This document shows positions 9,999-16,992 of a DNA stretch of 64,000 nt, one piece after another (position 1 is the first letter of the stretch; each line of letters begins with the position of its first letter). The stretch is from a virus. The stretch is taken from IMG/VR virus record IMGVR_UViG_3300045988_101835. One strand, 5' to 3'. Below the pieces are notes generated by a model, which was not told where the DNA came from, did not search any database, and was given only the letters and a program-made list of their open reading frames with translations. The translations under genes and the position numbers were made by a program.

Positions 9999-10427
9999 TT
10001 GGCGAATGTAGATGTTTTGTGTAGGTATCATGCTCGCCCAGATCTTCTTAAGCTTGCATGCGTTGTATGTTTTGTTGCAAAAGTAGAGCGTGTTTGTTAT
10101 ACGTGCGATTTTGGTACGGGTGATGTGGATGACTGTATACGTTATACCTTTTATGTAGGTAATAAGCCCTTTTCAGTTTCTATGTACTTATTTAAGGAGT
10201 ATCATGATTTTTTAGTTAAAAATAATAGTTATGGAGAAGAGTGTGAAAATGCTTCTGGATTACAAGAATCAGAAGTTGCTGGACTCGTCCGAGGTGTCGG
10301 ATCGGGATGTTTGCGCTGCCGTGTCGAAGACCGACCTGAGCTTGCAGCAGTCTCTTTTGGAGACGTATGTGGAGTACTTAGATGCTCAGGAGCGTCTTCG
10401 CGTGTTAAAGTCGTCCTACCCTCTTGA
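9999..10427 (+). CDS. hypothetical protein; 3' end uncertain
   Basis: TTG-initiated ORF. The first ~230 nt have phage-like T-rich third positions. The last ~200 nt overlap ORF 10231-10581 and have atypical A-rich third positions. Confidence 0.35.
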   Translation: MANVDVLCRYHARPDLLKLACVVCFVAKVERVCYTCDFGTGDVDDCIRYTFYVGNKPFSVSMYLFKEYHDFLVKNNSYGEECENASGLQESEVAGLVRGVGSGCLRCRVEDRPELAAVSFGDVCGVLRCSGASSRVKVVLPS

Positions 10428-10581
10428 TCTTGAGGCTATCGCTACGGCGTCGGGAGACGTTTCGGAGCTGAAGGCGGGTATTGACTTGATCATGTCGCTT
10501 CGCAAGGAGTTCGGCTTCTCGGAGGTTGATCTGGAGTCCTTCGTTCGGTCATCTAAGACGCAGGATCGGGTCGAGGGTTAG
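10231..10581 (+). CDS. hypothetical coiled-coil-like protein
   Basis: 116-aa ORF. In the overlap zone with ORF 9999-10427 this frame carries the phage T/G third-position signature. Confidence 0.55.
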   Translation: MEKSVKMLLDYKNQKLLDSSEVSDRDVCAAVSKTDLSLQQSLLETYVEYLDAQERLRVLKSSYPLDLEAIATASGDVSELKAGIDLIMSLRKEFGFSEVDLESFVRSSKTQDRVEG

Positions 10582-10741
10582 TTTTCGCCATTGCGCTTGT
10601 AGGCTTCAGTCATATGTAACTTGGTAAAATCCGTATGCGATAAAATTAGCCATTCTAAAGTTAAGGGACAGGCTATCGGGTTGCTTGCATACTTACGAGT
10701 GCTTGCGCCGCGTCAACGACCAAGTAGGAGATGCGGTTTTT

Positions 10742-10827
10742 GCTCGGATGGTGAAATAGGTATACACGCCGGATTTAAGCTCCTGTGATCAGCAATGGTC
10801 GTGCGGGTTCGATTCCCGCTCCGAGTA
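10742..10827 (+). tRNA. tRNA-Leu (anticodon TAA)
   Basis: Hand-folded cloverleaf: acceptor GCTCGGA/TCCGAGT (G1:U72), D stem GTG/CAC, anticodon loop TTTAAGC, 17-nt variable arm, T arm GCGGG-TTCGATT-CCCGC, discriminator A. There is one C:U mismatch in the anticodon stem. Confidence 0.8.
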
Positions 10828-10847
10828 CTTTTTTTTTGCAACAAAGA

Positions 10848-10879
10848 TTTGCAACTTTAAATTAACTTTTTTATCTTTG
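10848..10879 (+). promoter_or_regulatory. Bacteroides-type promoter
   Basis: TTTG at 10848-10851, a 20-nt spacer, then TATCTTTG at 10872-10879. It directly follows the tRNA and a T9 run. Confidence 0.6.
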
Positions 10880-10903
10880 CATCAAGTAAATACTTGTGAT
10901 GGT

Positions 10904-11152
10904 ATGCTCAGAATGATTCATAGTTGGGTTAAGGTGCTTCGTGGCCTTCGTATTCGGGTCAGTGCGGGTTCTTTGCTCTTGCTCAGTTCAGCATCCCCTA
11001 TTGCTGTGGGGTCTCGAGTGTGGCATTCGGACTATGGTATCGGTGTGGTGCGTATTGTTGGGACGTGTGAGTATGTTGTTAGTTTCGAAGCTGGTTTTGA
11101 GAGTTCCACGTACAAGATGTATTGCTGCAGGGTTCTCTGTTCTTTGGGTTAA
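10904..11152 (+). CDS. small protein with Tudor/SH3-like 'HxxFGxGxV' segment
   Basis: 82-aa ORF from the first ATG. 'VWHSDYGIGVVRIV...YVVSFEAG' resembles the small beta-barrel found at UvrD/PcrA C-termini and in DUF3553-like proteins. Confidence 0.45.
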   Translation: MLRMIHSWVKVLRGLRIRVSAGSLLLLSSASPIAVGSRVWHSDYGIGVVRIVGTCEYVVSFEAGFESSTYKMYCCRVLCSLG

Positions 11153-11161
11153 TTTACATTT

Positions 11162-11245
11162 GCCGTCTTGTCGGAATTGGTAGACGAGAAGGTCTCAAAA
11201 ACCTTTGTCCTTTAGGACGTCCGGGTTCGATTCCCGGAGACGGTA
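11162..11245 (+). tRNA. tRNA-Leu (anticodon CAA)
   Basis: Acceptor GCCGTCT/AGACGGT (G1:U72), D arm TCG-GAATTGGTAGA-CGA, perfect anticodon stem AAGGT/ACCTT, loop CTCAAAA, long variable arm, T arm CCGGG-TTCGATT-CCCGG, discriminator A. It closely parallels the E. coli tRNA-Leu layout. Confidence 0.85.
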
Positions 11246-11273
11246 CGACTTCCCGACGTGGTTGCCGGGGGTC

Positions 11274-11304
11274 CCCAGCCTTGAAATGGTAGGTGCTGGG
11301 TTTT
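11274..11304 (+). terminator. weak hairpin plus T-run
   Basis: cccagc (11274-11279) pairs with gctggg (11295-11300) and is followed by tttt. Confidence 0.4.
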
Positions 11305-11789
11305 ATATTGTGCACATTCCGGTTTTAGCTTGGTTTATCCGTCCGGGTGTGGGTGCGTTGCTAGAGGAGTCTTTCCTACCGTAGGTTCCGTTTGCATAGC
11401 TGAATATCAGGCGTGGCGGCTTGGAGTAGCACGGCAACAGCTAAGTATGGGTTCTTTTGTTTTCGCTGCAGTTAACGGACATATGGTTAGTCCTTGCTGG
11501 GTTTCTTATAAAGGGATTTCTCAGGGGTAGTGCAGTGTTTAACGAAGTTTGTTTATGGGGCATTATCCGTTCGCCACTATGCTTTGGCTATAAGGATTCA
11601 TACTTTTTATACGTCTATGGTTTGTGTTCCTTGACATAGTGAAGACGGCACCGTCGAGAGTGATACTCTTTCGCTTTTAACCTTTGGAGCTCACTCATCT
11701 TTTTCTTCAGGCAATTCCTTGTGCATGTTCTGGATTTAGCCTGTCACTCTCACTTGTTAGTGGCGTGTGCTGTCTTCACCTTTTTTTTT
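11305..11789 (+). ncRNA. candidate structured non-coding RNA (family unknown)
   Basis: About 480 nt without a convincing ORF. The 3' part is closed by a 13-bp long-range helix, gtgaagacggcac (11639-11651) with gtgctgtcttcac (11767-11779), followed by T9. Confidence 0.35.
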
Positions 11790-11914
11790 CAGTGGGACCT
11801 GCCTGAAAGTAGAGTAGGGTGTATGTGAATCAGGGGTTCGATTCCTTATACCGACTAAGTTCGTCGCTGGTTGGTGCTGGTTTGCAATATAGTGCCTTCG
11901 GGGTCCTTCTTGTT

Positions 11915-12002
11915 GGAGAGTTGGCGGAGTTGGTCTAACGCGCCTGCCTACTAATCAGGTGTCCGGGTTTCCGGGCCGGGAGTTCGAATCTCTCACTCTC
12001 CG
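11915..12002 (+). tRNA. type-II tRNA, Ser-like, anticodon ACT (A34)
   Basis: Perfect acceptor GGAGAGT/ACTCTCC, D stem GCG/CGC, anticodon stem CCTGC/TCAGG (C31:U39 mismatch), loop CTACTAA, 18-nt variable arm with a 5-bp stem, T arm GGGAG-TTCGAAT-CTCTC, discriminator G. Confidence 0.75.
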
Positions 12003-12271
12003 CGCCGAGTTGTTTCCGGTTGTGCTCTGAATTTAACTGGCGTCGTTCCCGAACGTATCGGGGGATGGTTGAGGTGATACCATCAGAAATCACCTGCGGG
12101 CAGACGCGTATTTGTAGGAGTTGACTTGCGTCTATATCAGCAGGCTGCGGTTAAGATGTATGAGTTCACCGCTACGGTTGACTGTATTAAAACTCTATTC
12201 ATCGGTGCTTGTTAAGCGCGCAATGACAGGCATGACGTCCCTATCTGCAGTGGCGTGCGTAGGGCTTTTTA

Positions 12272-12356
12272 GGAAAGTTGGCAGAGTGGTCGATTGCGCT
12301 GGTCTAGAAAACCAGTGATCCTTTAGGATTCGGGAGTTCGAATCTCTCACTTTCCG
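12272..12356 (+). tRNA. type-II tRNA, Ser-like, anticodon AGA (A34)
   Basis: Perfect acceptor GGAAAGT/ACTTTCC, D stem GCA/TGC, perfect anticodon stem CTGGT/ACCAG, loop CTAGAAA, 16-nt variable arm, T arm GGGAG-TTCGAAT-CTCTC, discriminator G. Confidence 0.8.
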
Positions 12357-13044
12357 CCGCCCCTCCGGTTGTTAGACCTAATTGGAAGTCGACTAAGATT
12401 AGGTTGAGGCAACAGTTGTCTCACTTGCGTTTGCTTAAGTGTGGCAATGAGAGGGTCCCATAGAGGGGTATACTCTTAAGATGTCGATGTAGGCTCTTGT
12501 GATGACGTCGGCAATCCTACGTAGATGCTTAGGAGAGGATACCGGATGGATTCGGTTCCGCCTTTCGGAGGTTGCAAACGATGATTGGTATGGGCTGATG
12601 TATTCCGAGGTTCGAGTCCTCCCTCTATACAATTTAAGCTTGGTTCTTTTTTACATGGAGGGTTTCCTGCATTTTCTAGGCTGGCCCGAAGCCTACTTCG
12701 AAGAAACCACCGACGCGCAAGGTGAGGGGCTACGGAGGATAGTAGACGGGGTGAAATTCCGCCGTCGAAGCCGATGGAACCGGATGCAGATACGGATAAG
12801 GCGTGCGTTCCTTTTGCGAGGTTCGGCGTTTCTGCTACGCTCGTATTCGAGTACGGTACCTTCGAGGTACCGTTTCTTGCCATCCCCTTTTTGGCTGGTT
12901 AGGGTGAAGATCAGTCCGGTGCTGGTACGAGAAGTCAGCAGCAGCCCGTGACGGCTATATTGTTGCGGCGCGGTGAAGCTGTCCGATGTGGGAAATTCGG
13001 AGATCAGCGGGATGTCCTATTCTAGATGTGGGTGTCTGACATTA
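12357..13044 (+). ncRNA. candidate large structured non-coding RNA (family unknown)
   Basis: About 690 nt with only mutually overlapping low-complexity ORFs on both strands. Dense local helices include 12467-12480/12528-12543, 12745-12749/12762-12766 and 12853-12861/12865-12873. A tRNA-like T arm sits at 12606-12622. The tract ends at a strong terminator. Confidence 0.4.
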
Positions 13045-13070
13045 GACGGGTGATTCCCGTCTTTTTTTTT
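13045..13070 (+). terminator. rho-independent terminator
   Basis: gacggg-tgatt-cccgtc followed by T9. Confidence 0.75.
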
Positions 13071-13079
13071 ATGCATTTA

Positions 13080-13111
13080 TTTGGAGTTTTAATTTAACTT
13101 TTCTATATTTG
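13080..13111 (+). promoter_or_regulatory. Bacteroides-type promoter
   Basis: TTTG at 13080-13083, a 20-nt spacer, then TATATTTG at 13104-13111. Confidence 0.6.
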
Positions 13112-13140
13112 TGTGGTGCTACTTTAATCGGTGATTTACT

Positions 13141-13575
13141 ATGGTGTACGAGGATATGGTTGACTTGATGCGGACCTTCGATTCCAACGCTGTGGACGTT
13201 CCTCAGCTTGGCATCTTCTGGTTCTTGCCGGAGTCGGGTTCTTTGTTTGAGGTCCATACGGAGGACTTTGACAGTTCTAAGGTGGTCAATGGTCATTTGT
13301 CTTATGGCAAGCTTCACAAGAATTGGTGGACTAAGGCTCGCATGTCTCGGTCGAAGGGTTCCAACCCTATTTACCAGACTGATTATACTATGATTCCTCG
13401 AGGTAGGGTTTCGTTCGACGATGGCAGGTTTGTGGTGTATGTCGGAAGTTGGTATGCCCCTTATGAGTCTCTGCTTCGTGATCTTATTGTGGATGAGTTC
13501 AACATCCCGTATGATTTCGAGTTCTGTGTTAAGGAGCACTGGGATATCGGTCATGGTTTCAATGAATTGCTGTAG
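13141..13575 (+). CDS. hypothetical early protein
   Basis: 144-aa ORF 30 nt downstream of a host-type promoter. Confidence 0.6.
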   Translation: MVYEDMVDLMRTFDSNAVDVPQLGIFWFLPESGSLFEVHTEDFDSSKVVNGHLSYGKLHKNWWTKARMSRSKGSNPIYQTDYTMIPRGRVSFDDGRFVVYVGSWYAPYESLLRDLIVDEFNIPYDFEFCVKEHWDIGHGFNELL

Positions 13576-13578
13576 GTT

Positions 13579-13791
13579 ATGGGAAAGTCAGGTCTTTATA
13601 GTTTAGCGTTGGTGGTTAGTGCACTTTCTGCTGGTCAGGATTTGGGTATGTTTTCTGCCCGCGCCGGGGGTTGCTCGTCTCAGTGTACGGGTGTCGGAAA
13701 TGATACGCATCCGGTTGGTCACTTTAAACCTAAGAAGAAGCCGTTTGGTGCTCGGCGCCAGAGTAAGAAGGAGCGTTCTCGATCAAGGTAG
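13579..13791 (+). CDS. small protein with hydrophobic N-terminus and basic C-terminus
   Basis: 70-aa ORF with a signal-like 'LALVVSALSAG' and a Lys/Arg-rich tail. Confidence 0.45.
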   Translation: MGKSGLYSLALVVSALSAGQDLGMFSARAGGCSSQCTGVGNDTHPVGHFKPKKKPFGARRQSKKERSRSR

Positions 13792-13826
13792 GTAGTACGT
13801 ATAGGGTACAAAAATCTGTTTTTATT

Positions 13827-14138
13827 ATGCGTTTCGTTCCTAGTGCAGTTGATGCATTGAGTTCCTACGTGAGCGGTCTTGATGCCTTGCGCCATCCGCA
13901 GTTTGTTATCGATAAGATCGAGGTGGTTGAGCTTATGTTGCCTGAGCTTGCTGAGTTGCATGCTGTTCGTCCTAGCGAGGCTGAGGGTGCATGGGGGTCT
14001 GCGTGCTATGACTTGAGTACTACCATTGAGTTTCTTGGGAGTCTCAATCCAGACTTTGTGGATGTTGTATCAGGTCCGGAGAGCGTTCGAGTGCTTATTC
14101 GTCTTCATGAGCTGTTGTCTGCTGTGTTTGTAGATTAG
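13827..14138 (+). CDS. hypothetical protein
   Basis: 103-aa ORF with phage codon style. Confidence 0.55.
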   Translation: MRFVPSAVDALSSYVSGLDALRHPQFVIDKIEVVELMLPELAELHAVRPSEAEGAWGSACYDLSTTIEFLGSLNPDFVDVVSGPESVRVLIRLHELLSAVFVD

Positions 14139-14140
14139 TT

Positions 14141-14317
14141 ATGCTTGTTGAGGAGTTGATCTTGAAGTTGCAGGCTCTCCAACAGTCCCATCCGGAGGCG
14201 CCTATTATCTTTGTTTCAGCTAACGGCGCCCATAAGTATTCTTGTTGCGTGACGAGCGTCTCGGAGGCTGGTTTCATTGTGGTTCGTTTGCAGGAAAATA
14301 TCGTTAAGAAAAGGTAG
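14141..14317 (+). CDS. hypothetical small protein (58 aa, below the ORF-track cutoff)
   Basis: Hand translation gives MLVEELILKLQALQQSHPEAPIIFVSANGAHKYSCCVTSVSEAGFIVVRLQENIVKKR. It starts 3 nt after the upstream stop. Confidence 0.5.
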   Translation: MLVEELILKLQALQQSHPEAPIIFVSANGAHKYSCCVTSVSEAGFIVVRLQENIVKKR

Positions 14318-14327
14318 GGTTTTTATT

Positions 14328-15035
14328 ATGGGTTTGGATTTCGGATGTCCGTTTCGTTCTGCTGCGGGTTGCAAGTCTTGTGACTATGTGATCTACCGGA
14401 AGTGTTCTACTTTCCGCCAGCATCATCTTCGTCGCTGTGCGTCCGAGCTTGTCCCTTTTAAGTTCACTACTATTAAGCGTCAGGATGGTTCTGTGTTTAT
14501 GCCGTCGGCGCCTGTTGTCTGGGGTTTCTGTGAGGTCCCGAACGTTGTGAGTGTTGATATGCTGTATCGCAATAGCACTTATGTTTGGTTATCGGATCGG
14601 TTGAAGTCTTTAGCGGTTCGTGCCGCCATTGAGCGTAATACGGCTTTTCCTGTTCAGTACTTCAATCTGGAGCGCGTCATTAGTTCTTGCTTTGCTTACA
14701 ATCGTGGTGAGTTTGACTTTCAGGATTCCATTTACTTTCTTGAGATTTACAGTCGTGGGAGCCGGGATTCGAAGGCTATTAGCATGGTTGATTCGTTCAT
14801 CAACTTGGCGTTGAGTATGCATGGTCGGGTGTTCTTGCTTTCGTCGTGGTGCCCGCCTACTATTGGGTCAGATTGGTTCGAGCTTCCTGCGCCGCGTATG
14901 GTTCGTCCTGCGGCTACGTCTAGTGTAGGGTCTGCGACTTCGACGTCGGCGCCTTTGTCGTCTGTAGGACCTTCGTCGGGTTTGCTGTCTTCTCCTGAGA
15001 CGCGTCAGTTTCGGGATCATGATGAGATTGTGTGA
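14328..15035 (+). CDS. hypothetical Cys-rich replication-module protein
   Basis: ATG at 14328 preferred over the track start at 14277, which overlaps the small ORF upstream. N-terminal Cys cluster 'CPFRSAAGCKSCDYVIYRKC'. The stop overlaps the helicase start. Confidence 0.55.
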   Translation: MGLDFGCPFRSAAGCKSCDYVIYRKCSTFRQHHLRRCASELVPFKFTTIKRQDGSVFMPSAPVVWGFCEVPNVVSVDMLYRNSTYVWLSDRLKSLAVRAAIERNTAFPVQYFNLERVISSCFAYNRGEFDFQDSIYFLEIYSRGSRDSKAISMVDSFINLALSMHGRVFLLSSWCPPTIGSDWFELPAPRMVRPAATSSVGSATSTSAPLSSVGPSSGLLSSPETRQFRDHDEIV

Positions 15036-16411
15036 TGCTAGGTTTTGAGATTTACTTTTACACGTGTGCGGGCAAGAAGTCGCATCCTGATTTTGACGAT
15101 TGGTTTTCTCGCTTTTTACAGATTCCTAATTTATCCAAGAATGACAGGCAGGTTCTAGAGTATACGCTTTCCTGTTCTGCTGCTGGGTGCTATCCGTCTT
15201 GGGCATGGTATGGTAAGTATTACCCTACTCCGGACCATGCCTATAATCTCGGTGAGCTTAGTGTTGCGTATGCGGACATTGTAGATGGCTATAGCCGCCT
15301 TAAGTTGGCTACGGATGTCACGGGTTCCCTTAGTAGCACTTCGACTACTAAGGAGCTTGCGGAGGAGCTTAAGCGTGCGCTTCAGTCTGTTAGTGTTGCT
15401 TCGGATGCGAGTGTCGCTGACTTTAGTTCATGGTCCTACGGCGAGGAGCTTAATACGCCTTACGGTGACGGTCTTTCTCTGGGTGTTCCGGAGGTAGATT
15501 CATTGACCAATGGTTTCCAGCCGGGTACGGTTGCTAGTATTTGTGCTTTCACGGGCGGCGGCAAGACACAGCTTTGTTTGTCTATGCTGTTCAAGAATGC
15601 CAAGGCGGGTCGTAAGATTGTTTATGTGTCTTTGGAGCTTGAGCCTAAGATGGTTTGGCTTATGCTTGAGACTCGGTACATGTATGAGGTTAAGGGCATC
15701 CAGTTGGATTCTCAGGACTTGCTTTTTCATAAGTTGTCGGGCGATAAGTTGAAGGCGGTTCTTGCTGCCGAGGATGACTTCAAGCGGGACTTCGTTCCTA
15801 ACGTTCTTGTTGTAGATACTTCGTTGTTCACGAAGTCGGTTTTCACCAATGTCGATAGCCTTGTTACTTTGTATGGGGTTCTGGATAAGCATTTAGGGGG
15901 TCTTGACTGCATTATTTACGACCATGTCAATCAGTTTGACCTTCTGTTTCAGGATCGTGGTAAGGGCTTAGGAAATTCTATCATTGTCAATCTTCGAGCC
16001 GCTTGTTTAGCTTTCACCAATAGTGCGGGTAGTAAGTGCACTACGGTTTTTGCCGTTCAGGTTAACCGTGCGGGTTTTACCCGTGCGGGTCGTCGTGGCG
16101 GGGCTTATGACCTTACAGCTATCTCGGACTTGAATGAGATCGAGCGCACGAGTGCCTACTGTGTTTTCATGTATACGGGTTTGGACGTTGCGGAGACTCA
16201 GGAGACGAAGATCTGTATGATTAAGCATCGTCTTGGTCGCATCTTGCCGGAACCTGTTACGGCTCAGTTTTTGCCGAAGGTTGTTCTTGTGGGTGATAAT
16301 GTCGAGTTTATCTCTTACGAGGGTGAGTTTGCGCAGTTGGGTTCTATGGACGATTTTGGTTCTTCTAGCGACTCTCTTACGGCGGAGCTTACAGCCGATC
16401 TAGGTCTATAG
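15032..16411 (+). CDS. DnaB-like replicative helicase (RecA-fold)
   Basis: Walker A 'AFTGGGKTQL', Walker B-like 'LDCIIYDHVNQF', 'FAVQVNRAG'. The start is coupled to the upstream gene by an ATGA overlap. Confidence 0.7.
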   Translation: MMLGFEIYFYTCAGKKSHPDFDDWFSRFLQIPNLSKNDRQVLEYTLSCSAAGCYPSWAWYGKYYPTPDHAYNLGELSVAYADIVDGYSRLKLATDVTGSLSSTSTTKELAEELKRALQSVSVASDASVADFSSWSYGEELNTPYGDGLSLGVPEVDSLTNGFQPGTVASICAFTGGGKTQLCLSMLFKNAKAGRKIVYVSLELEPKMVWLMLETRYMYEVKGIQLDSQDLLFHKLSGDKLKAVLAAEDDFKRDFVPNVLVVDTSLFTKSVFTNVDSLVTLYGVLDKHLGGLDCIIYDHVNQFDLLFQDRGKGLGNSIIVNLRAACLAFTNSAGSKCTTVFAVQVNRAGFTRAGRRGGAYDLTAISDLNEIERTSAYCVFMYTGLDVAETQETKICMIKHRLGRILPEPVTAQFLPKVVLVGDNVEFISYEGEFAQLGSMDDFGSSSDSLTAELTADLGL

Positions 16412-16431
16412 CAATTATATATCCCACAAAT
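16411..16431 (+). promoter_or_regulatory. conserved phage motif GCAATTATATATCCyAyAAAT (putative phage-specific promoter)
   Basis: gcaattatatatcccacaaat, 37 nt upstream of the ATG at 16448. One of five near-identical copies in the window. Confidence 0.5.
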
Positions 16432-16447
16432 CAAAATTTTGTAGGAT

Positions 16448-16894
16448 ATGCGATTTCCGATTGAGGTTCATAATAAGTTCCTTCCCTTTCCGGGGTTTAG
16501 TTGGATGACGTGGCTTGTGTTCTGTTTCACGCGCAAGCCGAAGGACGTCCATCTGGAGGGTACTACTCGCCGACACGAGTTGGTTCACGTGGTGCAACAG
16601 GGGGAATTAAGCGTCTTGTTTACCGTCATCCTCCTTCCCATAGCCATCCATTTTAGCTTTGCATGGTGGGCTTGGGTTCTGACGATTCTGGGTATTCTGT
16701 TTGCGGGTTGGATTTGCTATGGTATTAGTAATGCCATAGAGTTCTTTTGTCCTCCGTTTGGCAAGAGCTATTATTACACGTGCTGGGAGACGGAGGCTTA
16801 TAATCACGAGGGCGATCCGGGGTACTTGCGTCGTAGGATTCCGATCTGGGGTTCTTTGAAGCACATTCCGAATCGGCTTGTGCGTCATAAATAG
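16448..16894 (+). CDS. small membrane protein with HExxH motif
   Basis: 'RRHELVHVVQQGE' followed by two or three hydrophobic helices. A metallopeptidase-like assignment is tentative. Confidence 0.5.
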   Translation: MRFPIEVHNKFLPFPGFSWMTWLVFCFTRKPKDVHLEGTTRRHELVHVVQQGELSVLFTVILLPIAIHFSFAWWAWVLTILGILFAGWICYGISNAIEFFCPPFGKSYYYTCWETEAYNHEGDPGYLRRRIPIWGSLKHIPNRLVRHK

Positions 16895-16913
16895 TGTTTA
16901 CTTTTTGGTTCGA

Positions 16914-16958
16914 GCATTATATATCCAACATCTTGTAAGACCACATAGAGTGGTCTTA
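16914..16958 (+). promoter_or_regulatory. variant phage motif followed by a perfect 9-bp hairpin
   Basis: gcattatatatccaac (16914-16929), then taagaccac (16936-16944) pairing with gtggtctta (16950-16958), upstream of the 1220-aa gene. Confidence 0.4.
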
Positions 16959-16992
16959 TGAGGTGTTTTTATTAAAATAAGGTTTCTTTGTT

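Noticed and set aside
10208-10214. U UUU UUA slippery heptamer as a programmed -1 frameshift site
   Set aside because: The -1 frame terminates after three codons and does not connect to the downstream ORF.
10582-10741. Additional tRNA or promoter upstream of tRNA-Leu(TAA)
   Set aside because: No cloverleaf elements or TTTG/TAnnTTTG pair with proper spacing could be found by eye, so it is left unannotated.
11838-11870. T-arm-like sequence aggggttcgattcctt as a fifth tRNA
   Set aside because: The T stem needs two G:U pairs and a mismatch. No complementary 5' acceptor strand, D arm or anticodon arm could be found upstream.
12741-12770. 'ggtgaaattcc' resembling the cobalamin-riboswitch core
   Set aside because: No B12-box-like sequence or the expected surrounding helices are present, and the resemblance is limited to one short string.
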